A DNA stretch of 64,000 nt, taken from the NCBI GenBank assembly GCA_945861645.1, contig CAMAVZ010000006.1, positions 1-64,000 of the forward strand. Direction: 5' to 3'. The notes under the pieces were generated by a model, which worked only from the letters and a program-made list of their open reading frames with translations, did no database searches and had not been told where the DNA came from. The DNA comes from Opitutus sp. GAS368. GTDB lineage: Bacteria > Verrucomicrobiota > Verrucomicrobiia > Opitutales > Opitutaceae. A program made the translations under genes and the position numbers. Every line of letters starts with the position of its first letter. Position 1 is the first letter of the stretch. Below, piece by piece: positions 10,018 to 20,151 of this stretch.

Positions 10018-11181
10018 ATGCCTAGACCCCGCTTGCTTGGCTCCCTGTTTCAATGGATTGATTCTGATTATTCAGCAGAATCCCCGGAGGCTATTCGGGC
10101 CCAGCCGGACGGCGTAAATCTTGTTCGCTGCATTCCCTTTGTGGTTTTGCACCTTGGCTGCCTTGGAGTGATATGGACTGGCTGGAGTTGGCTCGCCGTT
10201 AGCCTAGCCGTCGCGCTGTACTTTATCCGCATGTTTGCGGTTACTGGCATTTATCACCGCTATTTCTCGCATAAAACTTATAGCACCTCCCGCTTTGGCC
10301 AGTTTCTTTTAGCGCTTCTCGGCGCGACCTGCGTCCAACGAGGCGGCCTCTGGTGGGCTTACCATCACCGGCATCACCACCAGCACTCCGATGAACCAAG
10401 CGATGCGCACTCCCCTCATGTCCATGGCTTCTGGTGGTCGCATATCGGCTGGATCACCAGCCGCCGTAACTTTCCCACTGACTATACCAAAATCCGTGAT
10501 CTCGCTAAATACCCCGAGCTCGTTTTTCTTAACCGCTTCGATGTGATCGTGCCGGTCCTGTTTGCAACCGCCCTCTTGGTTCTCGGCCAGAGCCTAGAAC
10601 AAGCCTTACCCGCTTGGCACACGAGCGGTCCCCAACTGCTCGTCTGGGGATTTTTTATCAGCACCACGGCGCTATTCCATGGCACTTCTTGCATCAACTC
10701 GCTGGCCCATCTCATGGGCGGCCGGCGCTTCGCCACCAGTGACGATTCTCGCAACAGCTTTATTCTCTCCCTCATCACACTGGGCGAAGGTTGGCATAAT
10801 AATCACCACCGCTACATGTCGTCTACCCGCCAAGGCTTCTATTGGTGGGAGCTCGATATCACTTATTATATCCTGAAAGCCATTTCTTGGACGGGTTTCA
10901 TCTGGGATCTTAAACCGGTGCCGGCTTCGGTTTATCGCGAAGCTGAACTGCGCAACCATCAAGATACCCTCGCCCGCTTTTCGATGTCTTCCGTGCAACA
11001 TGAGATCGATCTCTTCCGGCGCGCGGTGCCGACGGCCGCCGCCATTGCGCTGGCAACCGTCAATAGCCCAGAAGTCGCTACCCAAATGAAAAAATCTGCG
11101 GGGCCCGCGGTGCATAAAAACATCGGCGAACTAATCGTCCAAGCCGCGCCCCCCAACGCCGCGCCTACGGCGGAGATCTAA
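10018..11181 (+). CDS. Acyl-CoA (delta-9-like) fatty acid desaturase
   Basis: His boxes HRYFSH, HRHHH, HNNHH; GEGW. Confidence 0.93.
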   Translation: MPRPRLLGSLFQWIDSDYSAESPEAIRAQPDGVNLVRCIPFVVLHLGCLGVIWTGWSWLAVSLAVALYFIRMFAVTGIYHRYFSHKTYSTSRFGQFLLALLGATCVQRGGLWWAYHHRHHHQHSDEPSDAHSPHVHGFWWSHIGWITSRRNFPTDYTKIRDLAKYPELVFLNRFDVIVPVLFATALLVLGQSLEQALPAWHTSGPQLLVWGFFISTTALFHGTSCINSLAHLMGGRRFATSDDSRNSFILSLITLGEGWHNNHHRYMSSTRQGFYWWELDITYYILKAISWTGFIWDLKPVPASVYREAELRNHQDTLARFSMSSVQHEIDLFRRAVPTAAAIALATVNSPEVATQMKKSAGPAVHKNIGELIVQAAPPNAAPTAEI

Positions 11182-11212
11182 AAAATACCGGCCGACGCGC
11201 TAGGCAATTTTC

Positions 11213-12508
11213 ATGGCCTCACTTGCCATCATTGGAACAGGCATCGCCGGCATGGGCGCGGCCCATTTTCTGCACCGACACTTCGAGCTGACGTTGTTCG
11301 AACAAAATGACTACACCGGGGGCCACACGAACACCGTTACTATCCCCGAGAAAGATACTGGTCGCCCCACCCCCATCGATACCGGATTTATGGTATTCAA
11401 TTATGCCACGTACCCCCAGTTGACCCGGCTCTTTGCCCAGCTCGAGGTGCCCGTTAAAAAAACGGCGATGTCCTTTAGTGTCCGCCACGAGGACACCGGC
11501 CTCGAGTTTGCCGGGTCTTCGCTCAATCATCTTTTTGCGCAGCGCCGCAATTTGCTTCGTCCGCGGTTTATCCGCATGCTGGTGGCGATTGCCCGCTTCA
11601 ATCGAGAAGCCATCGCCGCTCTTGCTGATCCTGCCTGGGGCAAATTAACCCTGGGCGATTATGTTAAACAGCGCGGCTACGGTGAGGATTTTTTCAACCT
11701 CTACTTGGTCCCCATGAGCTCGGCGGTCTGGTCAACGCCTCCTGATAAAATGCTGGCCTTCCCCGCGACTACCTTGCTGCGGTTTTTTCATAATCACGGC
11801 TTCCTTGGTCTAGATACGCAGCATCAATGGTGGACCGTCACCGGTGGGGCCCAAGAATATGTCAAACGACTCACCGCGCCCTGGCGTGATCGCATTCGGC
11901 ACCAGGCCAAAGTAGTTCGTCTGCAGCGCGCGGCCGGCGGGATTAGGGTCACCACCGCCACAGGCGCGCCACAGCATTTCGACCACGCCATCGTTGCCTG
12001 TCATCCCGATGAAGCCTTACGCCTGCTCGCTGACCCCACAGCGGAGGAAACCCGTTTGCTCAGCGAGTTTCACTACCAGGCCAATATTGCCACGCTCCAC
12101 ACGGATGCCACCGTGATGCCGCGCACCCCCCTCGCTTGGTCGGCCTGGAATTACTCCATTGCCCGCGATGCGCACGGTGTCATCTCGCCCGCCACGCATT
12201 ACTGGATGAATTGCTTGCAAGGGGTCTCCGATCGCGAAAATTATTTTGTATCGATCAATGGCACCGCCCGCATTGCTCCCGCAAAAATTCTCAAAACGAT
12301 CGCCTACTCCCATCCGCTATTTAGTCGAGGTGCCGTCCAGGCCCAAGCGGAGTTACCCCAACTCAACCAGAATGCGCGCGGTCAAACCGAGACTTATTTC
12401 GTCGGCGCTTGGCAGCGCTATGGATTTCATGAGGATGGCCTGCTTTCCGCCGTGAATTTAAGTCAACAACTCCTCGGGCGCGACCCGTGGATCTCCTCAA
12501 AATCATGA
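11213..12508 (+). CDS. FAD-dependent oxidoreductase (amine-oxidase family, UfaD-like)
   Basis: GTGIAG dinucleotide motif, GGHTNT, DTGFMVFN, YGFHEDG. Confidence 0.9.
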   Translation: MASLAIIGTGIAGMGAAHFLHRHFELTLFEQNDYTGGHTNTVTIPEKDTGRPTPIDTGFMVFNYATYPQLTRLFAQLEVPVKKTAMSFSVRHEDTGLEFAGSSLNHLFAQRRNLLRPRFIRMLVAIARFNREAIAALADPAWGKLTLGDYVKQRGYGEDFFNLYLVPMSSAVWSTPPDKMLAFPATTLLRFFHNHGFLGLDTQHQWWTVTGGAQEYVKRLTAPWRDRIRHQAKVVRLQRAAGGIRVTTATGAPQHFDHAIVACHPDEALRLLADPTAEETRLLSEFHYQANIATLHTDATVMPRTPLAWSAWNYSIARDAHGVISPATHYWMNCLQGVSDRENYFVSINGTARIAPAKILKTIAYSHPLFSRGAVQAQAELPQLNQNARGQTETYFVGAWQRYGFHEDGLLSAVNLSQQLLGRDPWISSKS

Positions 12509-12551
12509 TTCTAAGGGCATCTTCAGACTCAGCTTAAACGTATCTTTACGA

Positions 12552-13403
12552 GTGAATTCCTGTCTCTACGAATGCCAGATTTTACACCAGCGCTTTACGC
12601 CCAAGGCGCATCGCTTTGTGTATCGCATCTTCATGTTTGCGTTCGATTTGGATGAACTCGCCGCCTTACCCGCGCGGCTCGCTTTATTTTCCAACCAACG
12701 CCGCAATGTTTACAATTTTTGCGAACGTGATTTTTTGCCGACCACAGAAATTCTCCACCAGCCGAGCCCCCGGGCGCCCGCGCCGGCGCCGATTGCTGGA
12801 TTAAAGGATCGCGTCATCGCGCACCTTGCGGCCCACGGCATCGATCTCGCCGGTGGGCGCGTCATGCTGATCACCTTGCCGCGGGTATTCGGCTATCAAT
12901 TTAATCCCGTTTCTTTTTATTTTTGCTACGATCGACAGGGGCATCCGGTCGCCTCCATCGCGGAAGTCAGCAATACCTTCAAAGAAATGAAGCCCTTCGT
13001 GCTCGGGCCCGCGACCAGGGCGACCAACGCAAACGCGGCGGTTTTTTCTCGGCGCACGCCAAAATATTTCTACGTCTCCCCTTTCTCTGACCTCGACGTG
13101 GATTTTGATTTCACCTTGCACACGCCAGAAGATAAATTGGCGATTCAGATCGATGATTATGCGGCGGGTGAGCGCACCCTCACCAGCGTTTTAACCGGCT
13201 CTCGGACGAGCTTGACTAATGGGCGCCTCGCTTGGTTTACGTTTAAATATCCCTTTATCAGCTTACGAGTAATGGCCCTGATTCACTGGCAAGCGCTGCA
13301 GCTTTACCTGAAACGCGTGCCGTGGTTCGCGAAATCAGCGCGGCCTGAGGCTCAGCGTGATCTTTACCGTCCCCACTCCTCCATCGCCCCGCCTGCTGCA
13401 TGA
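12552..13403 (+). CDS. DUF1365-family protein (UfaO-like)
   Basis: HQRFTPKAHRFVY, FNPVSFYFC, EVSNTF, FYVSPF, IHWQALQL. Confidence 0.88.
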   Translation: MNSCLYECQILHQRFTPKAHRFVYRIFMFAFDLDELAALPARLALFSNQRRNVYNFCERDFLPTTEILHQPSPRAPAPAPIAGLKDRVIAHLAAHGIDLAGGRVMLITLPRVFGYQFNPVSFYFCYDRQGHPVASIAEVSNTFKEMKPFVLGPATRATNANAAVFSRRTPKYFYVSPFSDLDVDFDFTLHTPEDKLAIQIDDYAAGERTLTSVLTGSRTSLTNGRLAWFTFKYPFISLRVMALIHWQALQLYLKRVPWFAKSARPEAQRDLYRPHSSIAPPAA

Positions 13404-14692
13404 ACCCGCCTGCCACTACGATCAATTCTACGCCGCTCAATGCCTCTTCCGCCGCGGGCTCTTTTTTCCAGCGCGCGGTGCTTAAAGCTTTCGCGGCGAT
13501 GCCGCGCGGCCAGCTCCGCCTCGAGTTACCGGATGGAACCGTCCGATTATTTGGCGATCCGGCGATAACGCTTCAGCTCATCGCGCCTGGGGTAAACAAC
13601 TGCGCCACGCTGCGCGTGCGCCGCGCTGCTCTTTTTACCAAGACTGCGCTCTATGGGGATATTGGCTTTGCGGAGGCTTACCTAGATGGGGATTGGGAGA
13701 CGCCTGATCTCACGGCTTTGCTCGGTTGGTTTGTCTTAAACGTTGAACATGCCCCCACGCTTTCAGGATCGCAGCGGGCCCAGTCACTCGCGCTCAATTT
13801 ACTGCGCGCCGGCAATCGCTTGGGGCACTTACTTCGCCCCAACACGCGGGCGAATGCCGAACGCAACATTCGCGCTCATTACGATCTCTCCAACGATTTC
13901 TTCGCTCTCTGGCTTGATCCCTCGATGATGTATTCAGCCGCCCGCTGGAGTGGCGCGAGCACCCTCGCCGAAGCGCAAGTCGCAAAGAACGATGCCCTTT
14001 GTCAAAAACTACGCCTTCAACCGACTGACCACGTGCTTGAAATTGGCACCGGCTGGGGCGCCTGGAGCATTCATGCCGCCAAAAATTATGGCTGCCGCGT
14101 CACGACCCTGACCATCTCACCGCAACAGCGCGACCTCGCGGTTCAGCGCATCGCGGCAGCTGGTCTCAGCGATCGCATCACGGTCTGCCTGCAAGACTAC
14201 CGCGAACTCGCGGGCCAATTCGATAAAATCGTCTCAATCGAAATGCTCGAAGCCGTTGGCCACCGTTACCTGCCGGCGTATGCCGCAGTATGTAGCCGAA
14301 TGCTCAAACCCGGCGGGTTGATCGCGCTCCAATTTATCACCTGCCCTGATGCGCGCTACCCGCAGTTTCGCTCGGGCGTAGATTTTATTCAAAAGCACAT
14401 CTTCCCTGGCTCGCTCCTGCTCTCGCTCAATCGTGTCAACCAACAGTTCGCTGAACACGGCGGTTTCGTGCTGCACGGGCTCGAGGATCTGGGGCGAGAT
14501 TATGCCCGCACCCTGCTAAATTGGCGGGAGTCGTTTCACGCCAAACTCGACCAAGTGCGCGCCCTCGGTTTCAATGACCACTTCATCCGCAAGTGGCATT
14601 ACTACCTGTGTTACTGTGAAACCGCTTTTGCCCTGCGCAATATTTCGGTAGTCCAAGCGGTCTACACGCGCCCCAACAACCTTTCTTTATAA
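13400..14692 (+). CDS. Cyclopropane-fatty-acyl-phospholipid synthase-family methyltransferase (UfaM-like)
   Basis: HYDLSNDFF, MYS, LEIGTGWG, SIEMLEAVG, HIFPG, W-YYL-YCE. Confidence 0.92.
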   Translation: MNPPATTINSTPLNASSAAGSFFQRAVLKAFAAMPRGQLRLELPDGTVRLFGDPAITLQLIAPGVNNCATLRVRRAALFTKTALYGDIGFAEAYLDGDWETPDLTALLGWFVLNVEHAPTLSGSQRAQSLALNLLRAGNRLGHLLRPNTRANAERNIRAHYDLSNDFFALWLDPSMMYSAARWSGASTLAEAQVAKNDALCQKLRLQPTDHVLEIGTGWGAWSIHAAKNYGCRVTTLTISPQQRDLAVQRIAAAGLSDRITVCLQDYRELAGQFDKIVSIEMLEAVGHRYLPAYAAVCSRMLKPGGLIALQFITCPDARYPQFRSGVDFIQKHIFPGSLLLSLNRVNQQFAEHGGFVLHGLEDLGRDYARTLLNWRESFHAKLDQVRALGFNDHFIRKWHYYLCYCETAFALRNISVVQAVYTRPNNLSL

Positions 14693-14699
14693 TCCTCCC

Positions 14700-15095
14700 A
14701 TGCTTTGGCTGCTTCGACTTCTTTTTACCGTGATTCTCGCCGCCATGCTTGGCGTCACCTCGTGGGCGAGTTTTCATTGCCCACTGTTTGCTGTGCCGCG
14801 GGATGTTTTTACGCATCCTTGGTTTATCGCGACCCTCTTTGACGCCTACGCGGGCTTCCTCACTTTTTATGTTTGGGTCGCTTATCAACAAACCTCGTGG
14901 CCGGCGCGCCTGAGCTGGTTCATCGCCATCATGCTTTTGGGTAATATCGCGATGGCCGCCTACTGTCTCCATGCTTTATGGTCTGTTGCCACCCCGGCGC
15001 CACTCGCCGCCGTGCTCACCGCCCGCCGAGCTGGGCCGAGCTGGCTTGGTCTCGGCCTCGCCGCCGCAGGTATTGCCGTCTTGTTCCTCGCTTAA
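14700..15095 (+). CDS. DUF1475-family membrane protein
   Basis: PWFIATLFDAYAGFLTFYVWV and LLGNIA motifs. Confidence 0.7.
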   Translation: MLWLLRLLFTVILAAMLGVTSWASFHCPLFAVPRDVFTHPWFIATLFDAYAGFLTFYVWVAYQQTSWPARLSWFIAIMLLGNIAMAAYCLHALWSVATPAPLAAVLTARRAGPSWLGLGLAAAGIAVLFLA

Positions 15096-15110
15096 ACTCT
15101 ACCGCCCACC

Positions 15111-15902
15111 ATGACGGCCCCCCTGCTTATCCTCAGCGCGCTCGCGGGCCTGTGTCTGGTTTTTGCCTTATTTTATTTCCTCGCCGCGCGCCTTAATAAT
15201 TACGGCATCGTTGATATCGTTTGGTCCTATTCCTTTGCCGTCCTGGCGATTTATTACGCCGTGGGCGGCTCCGGCTGGCCGCTTCGCCGCGGCTTAATCG
15301 CCACGCTAGCTTCGCTGTGGAGCCTGCGCCTTGGCACCCATCTCTATCGCCGCGTGATGAGTCACCATCCCATTGAGGACGGCCGCTATCAGCAATTGCG
15401 CCAAAACTGGGCGGGTAATTTTCCCGCGATGATGTTTGGTTTTTTTCAACTCCAAGCGTTCTCGGTCGTGGTCCTCGCCGCCGCTTTTGCCCTGGCCTGC
15501 CTCAATCCCGCGCCCGCACTGCAGCCGCTGGAGCTCGCCGGCGCGCTTCTTTGGCTGCTAGCCTTTGGCGGAGAAGCGCTGGCCGATGCCCAACTTGCGG
15601 CCTTCAAGCGCGATCCCGCTAACCAGGGAGCCGTTTGCACCCGCGGCCTTTGGCATTATAGCCGACATCCTAATTATTTTTTTGAATGGCTGATCTGGGT
15701 GGCTTATTTCGTTTTTGCCCTCGCCTCACCCCTCGGCTGGATCGCGGTAATCGGTCCGCTCAGTATTTTATTTCTCCTGCTGCGCGTGACCGGCATCCCG
15801 TTGACCGAAGAACAAGCGATTCGCTCCAAGGGCGCGGCTTATCGCCGCTATCAAGCAACGACGAGTGCCTTCCTTCCCTGGTTCCCTAAAAAACTGCCAT
15901 GA
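15111..15902 (+). CDS. DUF1295 (steroid 5-alpha-reductase-like) membrane protein
   Basis: EDGRY, GEALADAQL, GLWHYSRHPNYFFEW. Confidence 0.9.
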   Translation: MTAPLLILSALAGLCLVFALFYFLAARLNNYGIVDIVWSYSFAVLAIYYAVGGSGWPLRRGLIATLASLWSLRLGTHLYRRVMSHHPIEDGRYQQLRQNWAGNFPAMMFGFFQLQAFSVVVLAAAFALACLNPAPALQPLELAGALLWLLAFGGEALADAQLAAFKRDPANQGAVCTRGLWHYSRHPNYFFEWLIWVAYFVFALASPLGWIAVIGPLSILFLLLRVTGIPLTEEQAIRSKGAAYRRYQATTSAFLPWFPKKLP

Positions 15903-16918
15903 TCGACTCCTTACTGGAAAGTAACCTTCTGCCCGATTGGTTAATCCGCATCGGGATTCGTCGTTTGCTCCGCCAACGCTTGCGCGAGGAGGCGTGCCGC
16001 GATCCGGCGGCCCAGTTGCGACGCTTTGCGGCCGAACTCACCGGCCAACCGATCGCGGTCAATACCACTGAGTCCAAAGAACAACACTACGAGGTGCCCA
16101 CTCTATTTTACCAAAAATGCCTCGGCCCGCGGCTGAAATATTCTAGCGGGCTTTACCTGACAGGACCAGCAACCCTCGCCCAAGCGGAAGAGGCGATGCT
16201 GGCCCTGACCTGCACTCGCGCCCAACTCGCCGACGGCGACCATATTCTTGAGCTCGGGTGCGGGTGGGGCTCATTGACCCTTTGGATGGCCGAAAAATAT
16301 CCCGCCGCCCAGATCACGGCGGTGTCGCATTCCCGCACGCAGCGGGAACACATCACCACCGAAGCCCGCGCGCGGGGCTACACGAACATAACTGTGCTTA
16401 CCTGCGATATGAATGATCTTGAACTCGCGGCCGGCCAGTTTGATCGCGTGGTCTCAGTCGAGATGTTTGAGCATATGAAAAATTGGCCCCGCCTCCTCGC
16501 CCACATCGCGCGGTGGCTCAAACCGGGCGGAACATTTTTTGCCCACGTCTTTGTCCACGCCCAACTCGCTTATCACTTCGTGGCGCGCGATCAGAGCGAC
16601 TGGATGAGTAAATATTTTTTCACCGGCGGCATGATGCCGGCCCATGATTTATTTAGTTTATGCCAAGCCGATCTCACCCTGGTGGACACTTGGCGCGTCA
16701 ACGGCACGCATTACGCGCGAACGGCTGAACATTGGCTGAAAAACATGGATGCTCACCAAGCGGAAATCATGCCGTTGTTTCGCGCTACCTACGGGGAGGC
16801 TCACGCCGTAAAGTGGTGGGCGTACTGGCGAATTTTCTACCTCTCCTGCGCCGAATTGTGGAATTTCCGCGCCGGTGAAGAGTGGCACGTTAGTCATTAC
16901 CTCATGCGGAAGCCCTGA
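15899..16918 (+). CDS. Second CFA-synthase-like SAM methyltransferase
   Basis: EQHYEVP, LKYSSG, LELGCGWGS, SVEMFEHM, FFTGGMMP. Confidence 0.9.
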   Translation: MIDSLLESNLLPDWLIRIGIRRLLRQRLREEACRDPAAQLRRFAAELTGQPIAVNTTESKEQHYEVPTLFYQKCLGPRLKYSSGLYLTGPATLAQAEEAMLALTCTRAQLADGDHILELGCGWGSLTLWMAEKYPAAQITAVSHSRTQREHITTEARARGYTNITVLTCDMNDLELAAGQFDRVVSVEMFEHMKNWPRLLAHIARWLKPGGTFFAHVFVHAQLAYHFVARDQSDWMSKYFFTGGMMPAHDLFSLCQADLTLVDTWRVNGTHYARTAEHWLKNMDAHQAEIMPLFRATYGEAHAVKWWAYWRIFYLSCAELWNFRAGEEWHVSHYLMRKP

Positions 16919-16931
16919 GCGTTTGGCTTTT

Positions 16932-17666
16932 ATGTTTAGTAAGCTACTTTGCACTCTCCTGCTCTTGGGTTCAACCAGTGCCCGGGCCTCCCTCGAGGCA
17001 GCCCTTGCCGCCGAGGCTAACTGGAATTCCCCCATCGCCCTTGAACTTTTTCTCGCCGCAGACCGAGCCAAGCCTAATGACCCGTATATTTTACAAAAGA
17101 TAGCCCAGCAATACGCGGACCTTATAGCGGACCAATTGACCAATGACGCGCGGCAAGATTTCGCCCAAGCTGCTCTTGCCTATGCGCAGCGCGCCACCGC
17201 CCTGGATGCGAACGCGATCAACGTACTTTCCGTCGCGGTGGCCTACGGCTCCCTCGCCGCTTATAGTGATACTTCCAAAAAGATTCAGTACTCGCGCTTA
17301 GTGCGGTCCGAGGCGGAGCGAGCGCTTCGCTTAGACCCAGATTATGCTTGGGCCCACCACGTACTAGGGCGCTGGCATTACGAAATAGCCTCCCTTGGCT
17401 TCTCCGCTCGATTGCTCGTACGCTTATGGTACGGGGGCCTACCAGCAGCCTCGTTTGCGGAGAGTCAGCGGCATCTAAACCAAGCGATCGCTCTTGAGCC
17501 AAAGGCATTGGCCCATCCTCTTGAACTGGGCTTCGCTTATGCCGCCGCAGGACAACTCGCACTCGCCAAAATTGAATGGCAACGCGGACTCACGATGCCG
17601 GCTTTAAAAAAATATGATCGGCCAGCTAAGTTACGCGCCCAGACGGCGCTCGAAGCCTTAAATTAA
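16932..17666 (+). CDS. Exported TPR-like hypothetical protein
   Basis: Signal peptide; helical repeats (ALRLDPDYAWAHHVLGRW; AIALEP..LELG). Confidence 0.7.
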   Translation: MFSKLLCTLLLLGSTSARASLEAALAAEANWNSPIALELFLAADRAKPNDPYILQKIAQQYADLIADQLTNDARQDFAQAALAYAQRATALDANAINVLSVAVAYGSLAAYSDTSKKIQYSRLVRSEAERALRLDPDYAWAHHVLGRWHYEIASLGFSARLLVRLWYGGLPAASFAESQRHLNQAIALEPKALAHPLELGFAYAAAGQLALAKIEWQRGLTMPALKKYDRPAKLRAQTALEALN

Positions 17667-18548
17667 CACCAGCCCGATCGCGGCGATCATGAGGCCAGCC
17701 CCGAGCAGTCGAGCGCGCAAGACGCCCGGCTCGATATGCTGTTCCGTACTCATAAACCAGTGCCCAATCCCCCATACGAGCAGCACGCTGAATAGTCCGC
17801 GCAAACTGTAGACGATATTTACGGCCGTCGCGCTACCGACCAAACCGATAGACCAAAGGACGCCGGCATTATTCAAGGCCAAGAGGAGCGCCGCTGCGCC
17901 GACCCAGCGCCACATGGCCGCATTCATTGCCCGCAGCGGCGCTTTGAAAAAAGGCATGAAGCCGAAGGACAATAAACCAACCCCGGCGAACATCGGCGGG
18001 AAAAACTGCCGCGCGCCCCAGTGCGGGAGCCATTTTTGCACCAACACGTCCCCCAGCCCAAAAGCGGTCGCACTGCAAAAAGCGAGCAACACCGTTCGCC
18101 CAACCCGCGGTCGGTTCGCTCCGCTACCTCGGTGCAGCAGCATGATCGCCGCCGTGCTCAGGCCGGCCCCAACCCACCATTGCCAGGGGACGACCCCCAC
18201 GCGAAGTAAGCTGCTGAACAGCGCGACCAAAATTACTTTGGTGCCCATGACTGGGGTCACAACCGAAACATCACCGTGGCTTAAGGCCCAAAAAGTGAAC
18301 GCTTGGCCCGCAAAGAAAAGTAATGCGGTCACGGCCGGCTGCCAATAATCAAGGCTCGGTTGATGGGCCGCCGAAGCCCCCCACCACAGCGGCAGGAAAA
18401 ATAGCGCGACGGTCCAGTTTGATAAAAATCCCGTGCGCCAGATGCCCGCACCTAAGGCCGCGGCGCGCTTCACGGTCAGGGCGGCCACCACATAAAGCAG
18501 CGCACAAGCCAAAGGCAGCAAAAGGCTAATTTGGAATTTCATCATCAT
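17658..18548 (-). CDS. DMT/EamA-family transporter
   Basis: ~10 TM, ALSHGDVSVVTPV; start approximate. Confidence 0.8.
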   Translation of the reverse strand: MMMKFQISLLLPLACALLYVVAALTVKRAAALGAGIWRTGFLSNWTVALFFLPLWWGASAAHQPSLDYWQPAVTALLFFAGQAFTFWALSHGDVSVVTPVMGTKVILVALFSSLLRVGVVPWQWWVGAGLSTAAIMLLHRGSGANRPRVGRTVLLAFCSATAFGLGDVLVQKWLPHWGARQFFPPMFAGVGLLSFGFMPFFKAPLRAMNAAMWRWVGAAALLLALNNAGVLWSIGLVGSATAVNIVYSLRGLFSVLLVWGIGHWFMSTEQHIEPGVLRARLLGAGLMIAAIGLVLI

Positions 18549-18592
18549 TGCCCCGATTTGCCCAGGCGCCAGCACCCGGCCTTAACTGGCCC

Positions 18593-19117
18593 TCACCGCA
18601 GCGCTTGCTGCACCAGTTTTTCATATTCTTCCGGTGCAACTGCCCCGATTTTTTGGTGCACAATGACGCCTTGGCGGTTAATTAAAAATGTCGTCGGCAG
18701 AGCCTCAATCCCACCGAAGGCCTCCGCGCTAGCGTCATCCCCCATCACAATCGTATAATTTATGCCGCGCGCGGCCGCAAATCGCTCGACGGCCGCTGGT
18801 CCACGACGATCCATTGAAATGCCGATAATTACCAAGCCTTGCGCGGCATATTTATTTTGGAGGGCAATATAGCCGGGAATTTCGGCCACACATGGTGGGC
18901 ACCACGTCGCCCAAAAATCGACCACCACAACCTTGCCCTTAAATTGCTCAGAGCTGACGGTCTGACCGGCTAGGTCAGGGAGTTGCCACGGCGGCGCCGA
19001 TAAGGCGACGCTCGGCACGGTGTCCGATGCAGCCAGCAACACCGCGCCGCTCAACAAGCCGCTTAGAATGAGCCTCAACCCAAGACGCCCAGCGATCCGA
19101 CGAATAAAAAGGTGCAT
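18593..19117 (-). CDS. TlpA-family thiol-disulfide oxidoreductase
   Basis: DFWATWCPPC, LPTTFLINRQG. Confidence 0.92.
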   Translation of the reverse strand: MHLFIRRIAGRLGLRLILSGLLSGAVLLAASDTVPSVALSAPPWQLPDLAGQTVSSEQFKGKVVVVDFWATWCPPCVAEIPGYIALQNKYAAQGLVIIGISMDRRGPAAVERFAAARGINYTIVMGDDASAEAFGGIEALPTTFLINRQGVIVHQKIGAVAPEEYEKLVQQALR

Positions 19118-19179
19118 AATAAAAATCTGCGGCCATCAGCCCTCCATCGCAAGCCACGCGCGGCGGAAAGCATCCTCGG

Positions 19180-20082
19180 TTAGATTTTAGCGGCCACCTC
19201 GGTGGGTTCCACGCCGAGAATCTCAATAAATTTTTTCATGGCGGGCGTGAGCACCCGACCTTTGCGATGCAAGATAGCGAGCGGCCGAGTAAATTCCCGC
19301 CCTTTGAAGGCAATGGTCACGAGCGTACCCTGCCGGACTTCTTGCAGAACGGTCGCTTGCGGCACAATCGCCACGCCATGATCGATCTCCACGGCGCGCT
19401 TCACCGTCTCAATATTATCAAACTCCATCACGGGCGTGATTTCTAATTTGAAATCGCGGAAAATCTGATCGACCGCTTTCCGCGTTGGAATATCCGGATC
19501 AAAGCCAATGAATTTATGCGCCGCCAGCGCCTTCATTTCCACCTCGGGCGCTTTAGCCAAAGGGTGGTTGGGGTGCGCGATCAAGATCAGGCGATCATTG
19601 CGGAAGGGCAGCATCTCAATCTGCCGCACCTTCTGCGGAAAGGCGACTAAGCCAAAATCCACGGAGTTATGTAGGATATCTTCGTACACCAGATTAGACC
19701 GCCGATACTCCACCCGCACATTGACCGAAGGATAATCGTGCAAGAATTTTTTAATATAGGGCGGCAATTCATGCAGCCCAATCGAGTAGATCGTGGAAAT
19801 TCGAATCATGCCGCTAATCACCTTCTTCATTTCCTGCAAATCGCTCTCCAGCTTCTCATAGCCATGGAGAATTTCCTTGGCGGCCTCATAAATTAGCTGC
19901 CCTTCACGGGTGAGATTAAACTGCTTCTGGCTCCGATCAACCATCAGCGTCTTAAAGTTGCGCTCCATCGAACGGGCCTGCTGACTCACCGCCGACTGGG
20001 TAATGCCATTCAACTTGGCGGCCTTAGAGAAGCTTTTGGTTTCCACCAAATCGGCGAAGATTTTAAAATTCTCAATTTGCAT
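19180..20082 (-). CDS. LysR-family transcriptional regulator
   Basis: SFSKAA..ITQSAVSQQ HTH; substrate-binding domain. Confidence 0.93.
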   Translation of the reverse strand: MQIENFKIFADLVETKSFSKAAKLNGITQSAVSQQARSMERNFKTLMVDRSQKQFNLTREGQLIYEAAKEILHGYEKLESDLQEMKKVISGMIRISTIYSIGLHELPPYIKKFLHDYPSVNVRVEYRRSNLVYEDILHNSVDFGLVAFPQKVRQIEMLPFRNDRLILIAHPNHPLAKAPEVEMKALAAHKFIGFDPDIPTRKAVDQIFRDFKLEITPVMEFDNIETVKRAVEIDHGVAIVPQATVLQEVRQGTLVTIAFKGREFTRPLAILHRKGRVLTPAMKKFIEILGVEPTEVAAKI

Positions 20083-20105
20083 ACAACGGGATTGTGGCGC
20101 TCAGT

Positions 20106-20120
20106 ATAAATATAACTTAT
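20106..20120. promoter_or_regulatory. Probable LysR (T-N11-A) binding box
   Basis: ATAA-ATATAAC-TTAT interrupted palindrome just upstream of the LysR start. Confidence 0.55.
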
Positions 20121-20151
20121 CAGCAGGCCAATCTAAAAGACATACCAAGAA

